The notes: generated by a model from the letters alone, not told the origin. Numbered from the stretch's first letter, positions 43,661 through 53,691 are shown. The stretch: 64,000 bases of DNA from Desulfobacterales bacterium (GCA_051155755.1 DAXETY010000042.1:20367-84366); one strand, 5' to 3'. A program made the numbers and translations.

Positions 43661-44005
43661 ATGCATTCAGATCACTCCCCCCAGTTGCCCGACAAACTGT
43701 ATTTCCGCATCGGAGAGGTGAGCCGCATCACGGAACTGGCCGCACACGTTCTGCGGTTCTGGGAATCGGAATTCCCGAAGCTGCGTCCCAAACGAACGAC
43801 TTCCGGCCAGCGGCTCTACCGCAAAAAAGACGTGGAAATGATCCTGAAAATCCGGCACCTGTTGCACGAAAAAAAATTCACCATCGCCGGAGCGCGCGAA
43901 TACCTGAATTCCGGGGCCGGCAAAGAGCCTGCCGCAGCACCCGAAGTGGACCTCGAAGAAATACGGACCGAACTTCAGCGGATTCGCCGCATCCTGGAAG
44001 ATTGA
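43661..44005 (+). CDS. MerR-family transcriptional regulator
   Basis: YFRIGEVSRITELAAHVLRFWESEFPKLRPKRTTSGQRLYRKKDVE is a MerR-type HTH. It lies immediately after pheT, a common position. Confidence 0.8.
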   Translation: MHSDHSPQLPDKLYFRIGEVSRITELAAHVLRFWESEFPKLRPKRTTSGQRLYRKKDVEMILKIRHLLHEKKFTIAGAREYLNSGAGKEPAAAPEVDLEEIRTELQRIRRILED

Positions 44006-44180
44006 GTCCGTTGGCCCGTTCGCCGGCTCGCCCGTGAGTCCCGTGAATTGTGGTAAATCGCAGCAAACAAACTGAAGAAGGAAGCGTTTTCCCTCTGCGG
44101 TATTTACGGTTGACTACCTTTTGGGGCAAATGATTCCGGGGCAAGGGAGAAACGGGCTGACTGGCCAACGGGCAAACCGA

Positions 44181-45134
44181 TTAGCCGACAGCAGTGGCGG
44201 GGCTTTGAGCAACAGCGGGCAGTCGACCGCAGATGGCATAGACGCGGATGGGATCGTGCTTGCCTTTGGCCCGCACCGGCTCGATCTCTCGGGCTTCGAA
44301 TCGACCGCCGAGCAAACGATAGGTGGGCTCGGAAACCAGAATCTGTCCCGGTGCGGCGGCGGCACACAGCCGCGAAGCTGTATTGACGGTGTCGCCGATC
44401 ACCGAATAGCTCATGGTCTGCGAAGAGCCGATATAACCGGCGACAAGTTTTCCGGTGTTGATGCCGACGCCGATGTGGATCTCCGGCTTGGCATGGCGGA
44501 GGCGCTCGCGGTTAAACGCCCGCAGCGCTTCCAATACTTCCAGGGCGGCCTGCACCGCTCGAATGGGGTCGTCTTCGTGCGGCACCGGAGCGCCCCAGAT
44601 CACCATGATTTCATCGCCGATGAATTTGTCGACGGTGCCCTCGTAGCGAAACACTACGTCCACCACCATCTCGAAGTATTCGTTGAGCATCTGCAGGACT
44701 TCATCGGGAGATGTGCTTTCGCTCATCTGGGTAAAGTCTCGTATATCGATGAATGCCACGGTGGCCACCCGGGCAACGCCGCCTTTTTCCACCCGCAGCT
44801 TCCCGGACACCACCATCTCGGCCAGATCCGGGGAAAGCAGCCGCTGAAAACGTTCCCGGGTGATTCGGTCCTGCTCGATTTTCCGGGCGGCTTCGCGGCG
44901 TTCGTTGATGGTGAACTGGGCATGGGACCCGAAAATGACAAAAAGGCACAAAACGATAATGCGCGTCCAGATTTCTTTCAGGTCGTTGCCGAAAATGCGC
45001 TGCAGGATCGGTCCCTCCGTGCTGATAAAAATCGCCACGAATGAATCCAACATCCAGTAGATCACCGCAATGGCGCAGGCAATCAAAACCATCCGGTCTG
45101 TCAGGTGTACGCGATTCTTCGGGGACGACTTCAT
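44181..45134 (-). CDS. Membrane-anchored class III adenylate/guanylate cyclase
   Basis: Two N-terminal TM segments, then a CYC domain (VATVAFIDIRDFTQMSE...KFIGDEIMVIWGAP...IGVGINTGKLVAGYIGS...YSVIGDTVNTASRL). The start at 45134 is preceded by GAGGAG. The track extension to 45455 has no support. Confidence 0.8.
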   Translation of the reverse strand: MKSSPKNRVHLTDRMVLIACAIAVIYWMLDSFVAIFISTEGPILQRIFGNDLKEIWTRIIVLCLFVIFGSHAQFTINERREAARKIEQDRITRERFQRLLSPDLAEMVVSGKLRVEKGGVARVATVAFIDIRDFTQMSESTSPDEVLQMLNEYFEMVVDVVFRYEGTVDKFIGDEIMVIWGAPVPHEDDPIRAVQAALEVLEALRAFNRERLRHAKPEIHIGVGINTGKLVAGYIGSSQTMSYSVIGDTVNTASRLCAAAAPGQILVSEPTYRLLGGRFEAREIEPVRAKGKHDPIRVYAICGRLPAVAQSPATAVG

Positions 45135-45448
45135 GCGGCGCTCCTCGGGACCGATCGATACCGGCGGGAAAAAATCATATTTTTGTAGTTTAGCAGAGCT
45201 TTTGCCATTCGTCCAGCGCCGCTTGCGCCGCCTGCCCGCGCGCGGATTCGGCGCTTCGACGCGGCCAACGACGTGGGTGGACGCTGAAGTATCTCTGCCG
45301 GGATGTTTCCAATCCGAATCGACCGGCACCGCTTCCACCGGCCGGGCCGGGCCGTTTGGGCGCCGCTTCTTTTTTGAATCGGCGTCGATCCGAGCCGTCG
45401 GCGACCGGGAAAATCCCTTCCATTTGCCTAAAATCCCGAATGAAAATA

Positions 45449-45477
45449 TTGACAAAGGGTAAATTTTGTCCTAAATA
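45449..45477 (+). promoter_or_regulatory. Sigma70-type promoter for tRNA-Gly (TTGACA-17 nt-TAAATA)
   Basis: Near-consensus hexamers with a 17-nt spacer, ending 14 nt before the tRNA 5' end. Confidence 0.6.
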
Positions 45478-45491
45478 ATGCAGTGATTTGA

Positions 45492-45567
45492 GCGGGCATA
45501 GCTCAGCTGGTAGAGTACAAGCTTCCCAAGCTTGGTGTCGCGAGTTCGAATCTCGTTGCCCGCTCCA
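45492..45567 (+). tRNA. tRNA-Gly (anticodon CCC), CCA encoded
   Basis: Acceptor GCGGGCA/UGCCCGC, anticodon stem CAAGC/GCUUG with loop UUCCCAA, T loop UUCGAAU, then discriminator U and CCA. 76 nt. Confidence 0.9.
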
Positions 45568-45705
45568 ATCAAACTTCGCCTGCTCCTTCCAGGGGCTGAG
45601 TGAAGCAGTGCATTCTGGTTTATGTAGCCTGGAGTCAACCCAAGGGTGGGAATCATGAACAGGTAACCTGACACTCCACTGCAGCGAACGCACTCGGACT
45701 TGAGG

Positions 45706-45736
45706 AAACGGGCGACAGCCCGTTTTTTGCGTTTTT
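45706..45736 (+). terminator. Intrinsic terminator/attenuator between tRNA-Gly and rimP
   Basis: ACGGGC-gaca-GCCCGT followed by TTTTTTGCGTTTTT. Confidence 0.7.
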
Positions 45737-45758
45737 AAGAGGCAATGGGTAAACCCGT

Positions 45759-46313
45759 ATGGCAAGAAAATCAAAACCGGCCGATCGAGCAACGCCGGCG
45801 GTTTCGGCGGCAATGCCGACATCTGCCGCACGCGGCAGTGGATGGATCGAAGAAATCCGCGATCTGGCGGAACCCCTGTGCGAATCCGAGGGCTACGAAC
45901 TGGTCCATTTGGAATTTCAAGCCGAACCGGGGGGACGCACCCTTCGGCTGTACATCGATCAACCGGGCGGCATTTCGCTGGACGACTGCGCCGCCGTCAG
46001 CCGGCAGCTCAGCGATCTGCTCGATGTTGCGCTGAATGACATCGGCGCCTACAACCTGGAGGTATCCAGTCCGGGGCCGGAGCGGCCGCTGGGAAAATTA
46101 GAGGATTTTTCACGTTTCCAGGGCTGTCGCGCGAAAATCCGCACCGCCCGACCCGTCGAGGGGCAAAAAAACTTCACCGGCATTCTGTCCGGCGTCGATA
46201 AGGGTGTGGTGAACCTGGCCACCGTAGCAAAAACCGTCGCAATTCCGTACGATTTGATTCAAAGGGCGCGACTGGCAGACCGTGGAGATTTCGGATGCAG
46301 ATCACAGACATAA
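45759..46313 (+). CDS. rimP: Ribosome maturation factor RimP
   Basis: LCESEGYELVHLEF...LRLYIDQPGGISLDDCAAVSRQLSDLLD...YNLEVSSPGPERPL is the RimP pattern. It lies directly upstream of nusA. The start is uncertain (45759 or 45813). Confidence 0.8.
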   Translation: MARKSKPADRATPAVSAAMPTSAARGSGWIEEIRDLAEPLCESEGYELVHLEFQAEPGGRTLRLYIDQPGGISLDDCAAVSRQLSDLLDVALNDIGAYNLEVSSPGPERPLGKLEDFSRFQGCRAKIRTARPVEGQKNFTGILSGVDKGVVNLATVAKTVAIPYDLIQRARLADRGDFGCRSQT

Positions 46314-47722
46314 AACGAGTCGTCGATCAAGTCAGCCGGGACAAGGGCATTTCACGCGAAGTGTTGATCAAGGCGTTGGAAGAGGCCCTGAAATCGGCGG
46401 CACGCAAAAAATTCGGCAACAAACTCGACATCGAGGTGCACTACAACGATGAACTGGGAGAAATCGAAGTTTTTCAGTTCAAAGATGTTGCCGAAGTCGT
46501 CACCGAACCGGCCCTGGAGATCAGCCTGGAGGAGGGACGCAAGCTGGATCCGGATTGTGAGGTCGGCGACAGCCTCGGCACCAAAATGGACACGACCACC
46601 TTCGGCCGCATCGCCGCACAGTCCGCCAAACAGGTCATCATTCAGAAAATCAAAGATGCGGAAAAAGACGCCGTATTTGCCAATTACGTGGATCGAAAAG
46701 GCGAAATCATCAACGGCATCGTCCAGCGCATCGATCGCGGGGACATCATCGTGAACCTGGGCCAGACCGAAGGCGCGGTGCCGGTCCGGGAGCAAATCCC
46801 CAAGGAAAGTTATCGCCGCGGCGACCGCGTCCGAGCGTTGATCGTAGATGTACTGCATGAAAGCCGCGGGCCGCAGGTGATCTTGTCCCGAGCCCACACG
46901 GACTTTCTGATCAACCTGTTCAAAACCGAAGTGCCGGAAATCAGTGAAGGCATTGTCAAAATCATGGGGGCGGCCCGGGAACCCGGGGTCCGGGCCAAAA
47001 TTGCCGTGGCTTCCAGCAACGCCGACATCGATCCGGTCGGCGCCTGCGTCGGCATGAAGGGCAGCCGCGTTCAAAATGTCGTGCAGGAGCTTCGCGGTGA
47101 AAAAATCGACATCATCTCCTGGCACGTCGACCCGGCCAAATTCGTCTGCAACGCACTGGCGCCGGCGGAGATTTCCCGGGTGATTATCGACGAAACCGAT
47201 CGGACCATGGAGGTCATCGTACCGGACGAATTTCTTTCCATCGCCATCGGCAAACGCGGCCAGAACGTGCGTCTGGCATCGAAACTATGCGGATGGCACC
47301 TGGAAGTGCAAAGCGAGTCCAAATACAGCGAAGCCATGCAGAGCGGCTATGATTCCCTGGTCGCCCTGCCGGGTGTGGGCGTCAGCATGGCCGATGCGCT
47401 TTATGAAAAAGGATTCTTTTCGGCCGACGAAATTGCCAAGGCCGGCATCGAGGATCTGGTTCAAATTCGAGGAATCGGCGAAGAAACCGCCCGCAAACTG
47501 ATCGACGCGGCCCATGACGCTCAAGCCGAGCAGCCCGCTGTTGAAGAAACCGCTCCGGCCGAAGCCGGTGCGGAAGCCGACGCCGAGGTCGAGCCGGAAA
47601 CCGCCGCTTCTGCAGCGGAAGTTCCGGCAACCGATGAAACCGGCTCAGAGGCGCAAGCCGGTGCCGAATCGAATGCCTCTGCGTTGGAGACGGCCGACGA
47701 CGAGAAACCGGCCGAGGAATGA
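46295..47722 (+). CDS. nusA: Transcription termination/antitermination factor NusA
   Basis: N-terminal domain, S1, KH1/KH2 (GACVGMKGSRVQNV..., AIGKRGQNVRLASKL), an HhH repeat, and an acidic low-complexity tail. Confidence 0.95.
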   Translation: MQITDIKRVVDQVSRDKGISREVLIKALEEALKSAARKKFGNKLDIEVHYNDELGEIEVFQFKDVAEVVTEPALEISLEEGRKLDPDCEVGDSLGTKMDTTTFGRIAAQSAKQVIIQKIKDAEKDAVFANYVDRKGEIINGIVQRIDRGDIIVNLGQTEGAVPVREQIPKESYRRGDRVRALIVDVLHESRGPQVILSRAHTDFLINLFKTEVPEISEGIVKIMGAAREPGVRAKIAVASSNADIDPVGACVGMKGSRVQNVVQELRGEKIDIISWHVDPAKFVCNALAPAEISRVIIDETDRTMEVIVPDEFLSIAIGKRGQNVRLASKLCGWHLEVQSESKYSEAMQSGYDSLVALPGVGVSMADALYEKGFFSADEIAKAGIEDLVQIRGIGEETARKLIDAAHDAQAEQPAVEETAPAEAGAEADAEVEPETAASAAEVPATDETGSEAQAGAESNASALETADDEKPAEE

Positions 47723-47955
47723 TGGAATGACCGGATCACAGGTTGACAAGGCCTACGGAGCGGATGTAGGAGCATGGGCGACTCCTCGTCTGTGTCCGTC
47801 CGGACGCAGGCTGTTGAAAGGCTGCTCCTGCGTAAAATATCGAGGATCATCCCAAGCGCTCTTATTTCCGGCCGGCAATCCAGGGCGTTGAACGCAACGA
47901 CGGCAGTACCGCAAAAAGCTACGCGGTTTGGTAAACAAACCATTGGGGGTATTGG

Positions 47956-50661
47956 ATGGCCAAAATCAGAGTTTATGAACTTGCCAGAGATCTGAATATG
48001 ACCAACAAGACGCTTATGGACAAAATGAAAGACATGGACATCAGCGTCAAAAGTCATATGAGCTCCCTGGAAGAGGAGGAGGTGGACCTGGTGAAGTCCA
48101 ATCTGTTCGGGAAAAAGGCCGAAACCGTCGTGGAAACACGCATCCGCCCGACAGTGATTCGAAGACGGCGCAAGGCCGTCCCGGTCACGCCGGAGGAGGC
48201 CGCCGAGGCCGAGACGGAAACGGCAGCGCCCGAAGAAGCCCCCCTCGAAGAATCACCGGGAGTCGAAGTCGTCCCTGAAGAAACCCCCGAGGAAACCACC
48301 GAAGAAGAGACCTTGCCGGCCGAGACTGCAGAAGCCGAAGGGGCCGAGCCCGCCGAATCCGAAATACCGGAATCCGAGACGGTTGAAGTGCCGGAATCGC
48401 AGGCGGAAACCACCCCCGTGGAAACCCCGAAAGAACCGCCGCCGCCCCCGGCGGAGACGACCGAGCCGGAGGAGACCGCCGAGGTGGAAACCAAACCGCA
48501 AGTCGTGGAGAAAAAGCCGCCCAAGAAAGTCAAAAAGCCGGACGGGTCCGCTAAAATCATTCAGCTCCCGACAGCTCCCAGAGAAGCCCCGGAAGAAAAA
48601 CCGGCGCCAAAGAAAAAACTGAGCAAGGACCGTGCCCGGATCGTCAAACCGGCGACCCCATCCAAGCCTCTGCCGCCCGAGGAAGAAATCGCCCAGGAGG
48701 CCCGCAAGAAAAAGCGCAAGAAACTGCAGGCCGAAGAAGGCGATGCCGACCGGAAATTTTTTAAAAAACGCATCTCTTTCCGCCGCAAGGAAGTGGTCGA
48801 AGGCGAAGACCTCTATGAGGGCCGCGGCCGACGACGCAAGGGCAAAAAAGGCATCAAGGCCAAGGCCGCCACACCGGCGCAAAAAACCACCATAACGACG
48901 GCCAAACAGATCAAGCGACGCATTAAGGTCGATGAAACCATCATGCTGTCGGAACTGGCCAAGCGAATGGGAATCAAGGCCAATGAAATGATCAAAAAGC
49001 TCATGGCGCTGGGCGTGATGGCCACGGTCAACCAGACCATCGACTTCGATACGGCCGTGCTGGTGGCTTCGGAGTTCGGCTACGAAGTCGAGCGCGCCTC
49101 CTTTGAAGAACAAGCCCTGCTCAACGTTCAGGAAGATGAACCCGGGCAATTGGCCGAACGGCCACCGGTGGTCACCATCATGGGACATGTGGATCACGGG
49201 AAAACCTCCCTTCTGGATGTCATTCGCAAGACCCACATCACCGACACCGAGGCCGGAGGCATTACCCAGCACATCGGCGCCTACAGCGTCAAACTCGATC
49301 GCGGTCAAATCGCGTTTATCGACACGCCGGGCCATGAGGCCTTTACCGCGATGCGGGCCCGGGGAGCGCAGGTCACAGATATCGTCATACTGGTGGTAGC
49401 AGCCGACGACGGGGCAATGCCGCAAACCATCGAGGCCATCAACCACGCCAAGGCCGCCAAAGTGCCGATCATCGTGGCTGTCAATAAAATCGACAAAGCC
49501 AATGCCGATGTCGACCGGGTTTACCGGGAACTTTCCGAGCAGGGCCTGACTCCCGAAGCCTGGGGTGGGGACACAATCTTCGTGAAGGTTTCGGCCAAAC
49601 AGAACACCGGGATCGAGGAACTGCTGGAAATGATTCTGCTCCAGGCCGAAGTCCTCGAACTGAAAGCCAATGCAAATAAACGCGCCTGGGGACATGTGGT
49701 CGAATCCAAAATTGACCCGGGCCGCGGTCCGGTGGCCACGGTACTGGTCCAGGAAGGTACGCTCAAAACCGGAGAACCCGTCGTTTGCGGGGTTCATTAC
49801 GGCAAGGTGCGCGCCATGCTCAACGACCGGGGCCAGCAGGTGGACACCGCCGGGCCTTCGATTCCGGTGGAAGTGATCGGACTTTCCGGGGTTCCGATGG
49901 CCGGCGACGAACTCATCGCCCTGGAGGACGAGAAAAACGCCAAGCAAATCAGCGAACACCGGATTCAAAAACAGCGCTCCATGGAGTTGGCCAAGACCAG
50001 CCGTCTGAGCCTGGACAAACTCTACGAGCAAATGCAGGAAGGCGAGGTCAAGGATCTGAACCTGGTTCTAAAAGCCGATGTGCACGGCTCCATCGAGGCG
50101 CTGGCCGATTCTCTGACCAAGCTGTCCAACGAAGAGGTCAAGATTCACGTCGTCCATTCGGCCACGGGCACGATCACCGAATCGGATGTATCCCTGGCTG
50201 CCGTATCCAACGCGATCATCATCGGATTCAATGTGCGTCCCACCAGCAAAGTGCAGGCGCTGGCCAACGAGGAAAGCGTCGATGTGCGCTATTACAACGT
50301 CATTTACGAAGTCATCAAGGACGTCAAGGATGCCATCGCCGGCATGATGTCCTCTACTTTCGAGGAGCGCACCCTGGGGCGCGCGGAAGTCCGGGAGGTG
50401 TTCCAGGTGCCCAAGATCGGGGCCGTGGCCGGCTGCTATGTGACCGAGGGTAAGATCGAGCGGAACCGCCGCGTGCGGGTGCTGCGCGACGGCGTGGTGC
50501 AATACGAGGGCAAAGTGGGCTCCCTGCGCCGCTTCAAGGAAGACGTGAAAGAAGTTGCCAGTGGCTACGAATGCGGCGTGGGCGTGGAGAACTTCAACGA
50601 CATCAAAGTCGGCGACGTACTCGAGTGCTACTATTTGGAAGAGATTCGACCGGAATTGTAA
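47956..50661 (+). CDS. infB: Translation initiation factor IF-2
   Basis: 901 aa with a low-complexity E/P/K-rich N-terminal region, a GTPase core ([29 protein letters not shown]) and C-terminal domains. Confidence 0.95.
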   Translation: MAKIRVYELARDLNMTNKTLMDKMKDMDISVKSHMSSLEEEEVDLVKSNLFGKKAETVVETRIRPTVIRRRRKAVPVTPEEAAEAETETAAPEEAPLEESPGVEVVPEETPEETTEEETLPAETAEAEGAEPAESEIPESETVEVPESQAETTPVETPKEPPPPPAETTEPEETAEVETKPQVVEKKPPKKVKKPDGSAKIIQLPTAPREAPEEKPAPKKKLSKDRARIVKPATPSKPLPPEEEIAQEARKKKRKKLQAEEGDADRKFFKKRISFRRKEVVEGEDLYEGRGRRRKGKKGIKAKAATPAQKTTITTAKQIKRRIKVDETIMLSELAKRMGIKANEMIKKLMALGVMATVNQTIDFDTAVLVASEFGYEVERASFEEQALLNVQEDEPGQLAERPPVVTIMGHVDHGKTSLLDVIRKTHITDTEAGGITQHIGAYSVKLDRGQIAFIDTPGHEAFTAMRARGAQVTDIVILVVAADDGAMPQTIEAINHAKAAKVPIIVAVNKIDKANADVDRVYRELSEQGLTPEAWGGDTIFVKVSAKQNTGIEELLEMILLQAEVLELKANANKRAWGHVVESKIDPGRGPVATVLVQEGTLKTGEPVVCGVHYGKVRAMLNDRGQQVDTAGPSIPVEVIGLSGVPMAGDELIALEDEKNAKQISEHRIQKQRSMELAKTSRLSLDKLYEQMQEGEVKDLNLVLKADVHGSIEALADSLTKLSNEEVKIHVVHSATGTITESDVSLAAVSNAIIIGFNVRPTSKVQALANEESVDVRYYNVIYEVIKDVKDAIAGMMSSTFEERTLGRAEVREVFQVPKIGAVAGCYVTEGKIERNRRVRVLRDGVVQYEGKVGSLRRFKEDVKEVASGYECGVGVENFNDIKVGDVLECYYLEEIRPEL

Positions 50662-50668
50662 CAAATAC

Positions 50669-50712
50669 AATTGGATTGGTTCGATTGGTTCCTTTGGTCG
50701 AAAATGGAACCC
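50669..50712 (+). repeat. 9-bp-periodic tandem array (ATTGGTTY family), locus B
   Basis: AATTGGATTGGTTCGATTGGTTCCTTTGGTCGAAAATGGAACC, beginning 8 nt after the infB stop. Confidence 0.8.
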
Positions 50713-50814
50713 AGCGTTTAGCGACCTGCAGCGCCTTCTATGCGTCCTTGGGTTTTATTCTTTGTGCAGGCAATGAATTTACATGCAGCGAACGGACGTA
50801 TCGCAACGTTTTTT

Positions 50815-50854
50815 GAACCAATCAAACCAATAAAACCAATTGAAACAATCAAAC
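50815..50854 (-). repeat. 9-bp-periodic tandem array (ATTGGTTY family), locus C, inverted relative to locus B
   Basis: GAACCAATC AAACCAATA AAACCAATT GAAACAATC AAAC. It is complementary to locus B (for example GGTTCGATTGGTTC pairs with GAACCAATCAAACC at 13 of 14 positions). Confidence 0.8.
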
Positions 50855-50863
50855 TGAATATCT

Positions 50864-51151
50864 ATGGTCGTCGGTATCGGCATCGTCGTATTCCGGCTGC
50901 ACGACTGCCGCTCTTTGAAAAGCAAGCGCAAAGTCGTAAAGTCGATCATTCAGCAGGTCCGCAATCGGTTCAACGCATCGGTGGCCGAAGTGGGCGCCAA
51001 TGATGTCCACCAGCGGGCCGAAATCGGATTTGCCCTGGCGGGAAACGACCGCAAGGTGCTCAATGCCAAAATCGATAAAATCTTCAACATGATCGACGAT
51101 CTGGGCCTGGCGGAAATCGTCGATTCAGAGATGGAGATTATCAGTTTATGA
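50864..51151 (+). CDS. DUF503 family protein (YlxP-like)
   Basis: 95 aa. MVVGIGIVVFRLHDCRSLKSKRKVVKSII...FNASVAEVG...HQRAEIGFA is the DUF503 pattern. It occupies the conserved infB-rbfA position. Confidence 0.75.
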   Translation: MVVGIGIVVFRLHDCRSLKSKRKVVKSIIQQVRNRFNASVAEVGANDVHQRAEIGFALAGNDRKVLNAKIDKIFNMIDDLGLAEIVDSEMEIISL

Positions 51152-51501
51152 GATCGTATTCGCGCGCCGAACGGGTGGCCGGACTGATTCAGCAGACATT
51201 GTCTGAAATCCTGAACCGCAACGTCAAAGATCCCCGTCTGGCATTTACCACCATTACGCATGTCAAGGTGACCCGCGATCTTCGAATTGCGCGGGTGTAC
51301 TTTTCGACCGCCGGGGGTGAAGAAGCAAAAGTCCAGGCGGCGCTGCAGGGATTTCGCAGTGCCTCCGGATTTGTCAAAGGAGCGCTGGCAAAACGATTGG
51401 AACTGCGCTACATGCCGGAGCTGGAATTTTTTTATGATGAATCCTTCGATTACGGCTCACGAATCGACCAGCTGTTAAAATCCATACGTTCGAGCACATG
51501 A
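51148..51501 (+). CDS. rbfA: Ribosome-binding factor A
   Basis: RAERVAGLIQQTLSEIL...KDPRL...ITHVKVTRDLRIARVYFS. 117 aa. Confidence 0.9.
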   Translation: MRSYSRAERVAGLIQQTLSEILNRNVKDPRLAFTTITHVKVTRDLRIARVYFSTAGGEEAKVQAALQGFRSASGFVKGALAKRLELRYMPELEFFYDESFDYGSRIDQLLKSIRSST

Positions 51502-52472
51502 TGGAATCGATCGTTCGCCATTTGCAGAAAAGCTCACAGCTGTTGGTCGCCTCTCATATGAGCCCCGACGGAGATGCCGTCGGGACTCTGGTTGCCATGG
51601 GCCTGGCTTTGGAACAACTTCACAAGGACATCGTGCTGTTCAATGAAAGTCCGATTCCGGCAGTATACCGCTTTCTGCCCGCCGCCGAACGCATCGTCAA
51701 TCGAATCGAAAATTGCCGCCGGTTCGATACGGCGCTGATTCTGGATTGCGGCGACACGATGCGCCTGGGTCCCGTTTGGCAGCAGTTGAACGACATTCCG
51801 ACGGTGATCAACATCGATCACCATGCCACCAACACCGGCTTTGGCGACATGCAGCTTGTCGAACCGAACGCCTGCGCCACCGCCGAGTTGGTATATCGCA
51901 TCATCGCCGCACTGAATGTCACCATCGATGAAGAAATCGCCACCGCGATATACACCGGTATCCTGACCGACACGGGATCGTTTCGTTTTTCGAACACCAA
52001 TTCGGCGGCGTTCGAGATTTGCCGGGAAATGGCCGCCTGTGGCGTACAACCGCACCTGGTTGCCCAGCATGTATACGGCACCTACTCGCTGGGGCGCCTC
52101 AAGCTGCTCAACCTGGCGTTGGATTCGATCGAGATTTCCGACAACGGCAAGCTTTCCATGATGACCGTCACCCAGGAAATGCTGCACCAAACCGGCACGC
52201 TGCCCGAAGACGCCGACGGCTTGATCCACTATGCGCGGCGCATCGAAGATGTTCGGGTGGCGGCGCTGATCCAGGAGTTGCAAAACGGTCGCGGAACAAC
52301 GGCGCCGCGGCGACGTTTTCACGTCAGTCTGCGCTCCGACGGTTCCATCGATGTGGGTGCCATCGCCACCGCGTTCGGAGGCGGGGGCCATGCCAGTGCG
52401 GCCGGTTTCGGTGTCGAAGCCTCACTGGCTGAGATCAAGTCGGAAATCGCCGGTCTGGCAAAGATCCTGTAA
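51498..52472 (+). CDS. DHH/DHHA1 family phosphoesterase (NrnA-like oligoribonuclease/pAp phosphatase)
   Basis: SHMSPDGDAVG, ILDCGD, NIDHH, and a C-terminal GGGHASAAG (DHHA1 motif). Confidence 0.8.
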   Translation: MMESIVRHLQKSSQLLVASHMSPDGDAVGTLVAMGLALEQLHKDIVLFNESPIPAVYRFLPAAERIVNRIENCRRFDTALILDCGDTMRLGPVWQQLNDIPTVINIDHHATNTGFGDMQLVEPNACATAELVYRIIAALNVTIDEEIATAIYTGILTDTGSFRFSNTNSAAFEICREMAACGVQPHLVAQHVYGTYSLGRLKLLNLALDSIEISDNGKLSMMTVTQEMLHQTGTLPEDADGLIHYARRIEDVRVAALIQELQNGRGTTAPRRRFHVSLRSDGSIDVGAIATAFGGGGHASAAGFGVEASLAEIKSEIAGLAKIL

Positions 52473-53381
52473 GTGTCCGAACCGCAAATGGATAACGGCA
52501 TTGTGGTTCTGGACAAGCCCCCGAACATGACATCGGCCCAGGCCGTCGCCCGGGTGAAACGAATATTGCAGGCACGCAAAGTCGGACACGCCGGTACGCT
52601 GGATCCATTTGCCACCGGAATATTGATCTGTTGCGTCAACCAGGCCACGCGACTGGCGCGCTTCCTGCTCCACGGCAAGAAACGCTACCTGGCGGAACTT
52701 TCCCTGGGAGTGGTCACCGACACCCAGGACGGCACCGGCCGGGTGACCGCGGTCGGCAGCACGGCCGATATCACCGATCGCCAGGTCCGTTCGACATTGC
52801 AGCGCTTTACGGGTTACCAGTGGCAGAAACCGCCGATTTATTCAGCCCTGAAACATCGCGGCGTACCCTTGTACCGGTACGCGCGCAACGGCCGACCGGT
52901 CGAAAAACCCGCCCGGCGGATATGCATCGAGTCCATCGAGATCCGGTCGCTGGCACTGCCGCGGGTGCAATTCGAACTGACCTGCACGGCCGGCACTTAC
53001 GTGCGAACGCTTTGTGCCGATGTCGGTGAAGCGCTGGGCTGCGGCGGGCACCTGGCGTCGCTGCGCCGCCTCGCCAGCAGCGGTTTCGAGCTCAAAGAGG
53101 CTTTTGGTCTGGAGCAGTTGGAACGCCAGGCTGAGCGGGATCGGCGCAGCGTGATGCTGCCGATGACGGAGGCATTGCGCGAAATGCCCGGCATCGACGT
53201 CGATAACGCTTTGACGAATGCGATAAAGCATGGCAGAATGATCCCCGCTGAAACGGTCCCCGCGCTGCGGGACATGCCGGATGGACCGATCAAAGCCCTG
53301 GATCCCAACGGCCGTCTTGTTGCCGTAATCGATTATCACTCCAGCCGCCGGCAGTTGAAGTATTATTGTGTTTTCGATTGA
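52473..53381 (+). CDS. truB: tRNA pseudouridine(55) synthase
   Basis: [17 protein letters not shown]...[25 protein letters not shown] is the TruB catalytic Asp motif. The start is either the GTG at 52473 or the ATG at 52488. Confidence 0.9.
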   Translation: MSEPQMDNGIVVLDKPPNMTSAQAVARVKRILQARKVGHAGTLDPFATGILICCVNQATRLARFLLHGKKRYLAELSLGVVTDTQDGTGRVTAVGSTADITDRQVRSTLQRFTGYQWQKPPIYSALKHRGVPLYRYARNGRPVEKPARRICIESIEIRSLALPRVQFELTCTAGTYVRTLCADVGEALGCGGHLASLRRLASSGFELKEAFGLEQLERQAERDRRSVMLPMTEALREMPGIDVDNALTNAIKHGRMIPAETVPALRDMPDGPIKALDPNGRLVAVIDYHSSRRQLKYYCVFD

Positions 53382-53421
53382 TCGAGGCAGACCGGCATTC
53401 AAGAAAAAGGAGGAAGTAAAC

Positions 53422-53691
53422 GTGGTTTTCTCATCCGAAGAAAAAAAGAAATTGATTGAAAAGTTCAAATTGCACGAGAGCGACACCGGATCGCCGGAAG
53501 TTCAAGTGGGATTGCTGACCCACCGCATTTCCTATTTGACCGAGCATCTCAAGATCCACAAAAAGGACCACCATTCCCGCCGGGGTTTGCTAATGCTGGT
53601 CGGCCGGCGGCGCAGACTGCTGAACTACGTAAAAAACAAGGACGTCAATCGCTATCGCACAATCATCGAAACGCTTGGGTTGAAACGGTAA
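53422..53691 (+). CDS. rpsO: 30S ribosomal protein S15
   Basis: 89 aa from the GTG at 53422 (RBS AAAGGAGGAAG). It contains ...[37 protein letters not shown].... The N-terminal spacing matches E. coli S15. Confidence 0.92.
   Translation: MVFSSEEKKKLIEKFKLHESDTGSPEVQVGLLTHRISYLTEHLKIHKKDHHSRRGLLMLVGRRRRLLNYVKNKDVNRYRTIIETLGLKR

Noticed and set aside
45190-45831. 213-aa minus-strand ORF spanning the tRNA-Gly gene, and ORFs 21750..22133 and 21782..22228 spanning the tRNA-Ser genes.
   Set aside because: They overlap well-folded tRNA genes and their promoters and terminators, and they have no motif support.
47774-47995. Possible ylxR (DUF448) gene in the nusA-infB spacer, the usual position for that gene.
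   Set aside because: Neither frame (MTGSQVDKAYG...RLCPSGRRLLKGCSC... nor MGDSSSVSVRTQAVERLLLRKISRII...) shows the RxCxxC...ELxR...GRGAY pattern convincingly, and the longer ORF would overlap infB by 40 nt. It may be a degenerate remnant, which I cannot support from sequence alone.
48150-48900. Highly repetitive E/P/T/A/K-rich coding segment in infB, and the similar acidic tail of nusA (47520..47720).
   Set aside because: Low-complexity N-terminal regions of IF-2 and C-terminal acidic extensions of NusA are common lineage-variable features and are not a separate element.
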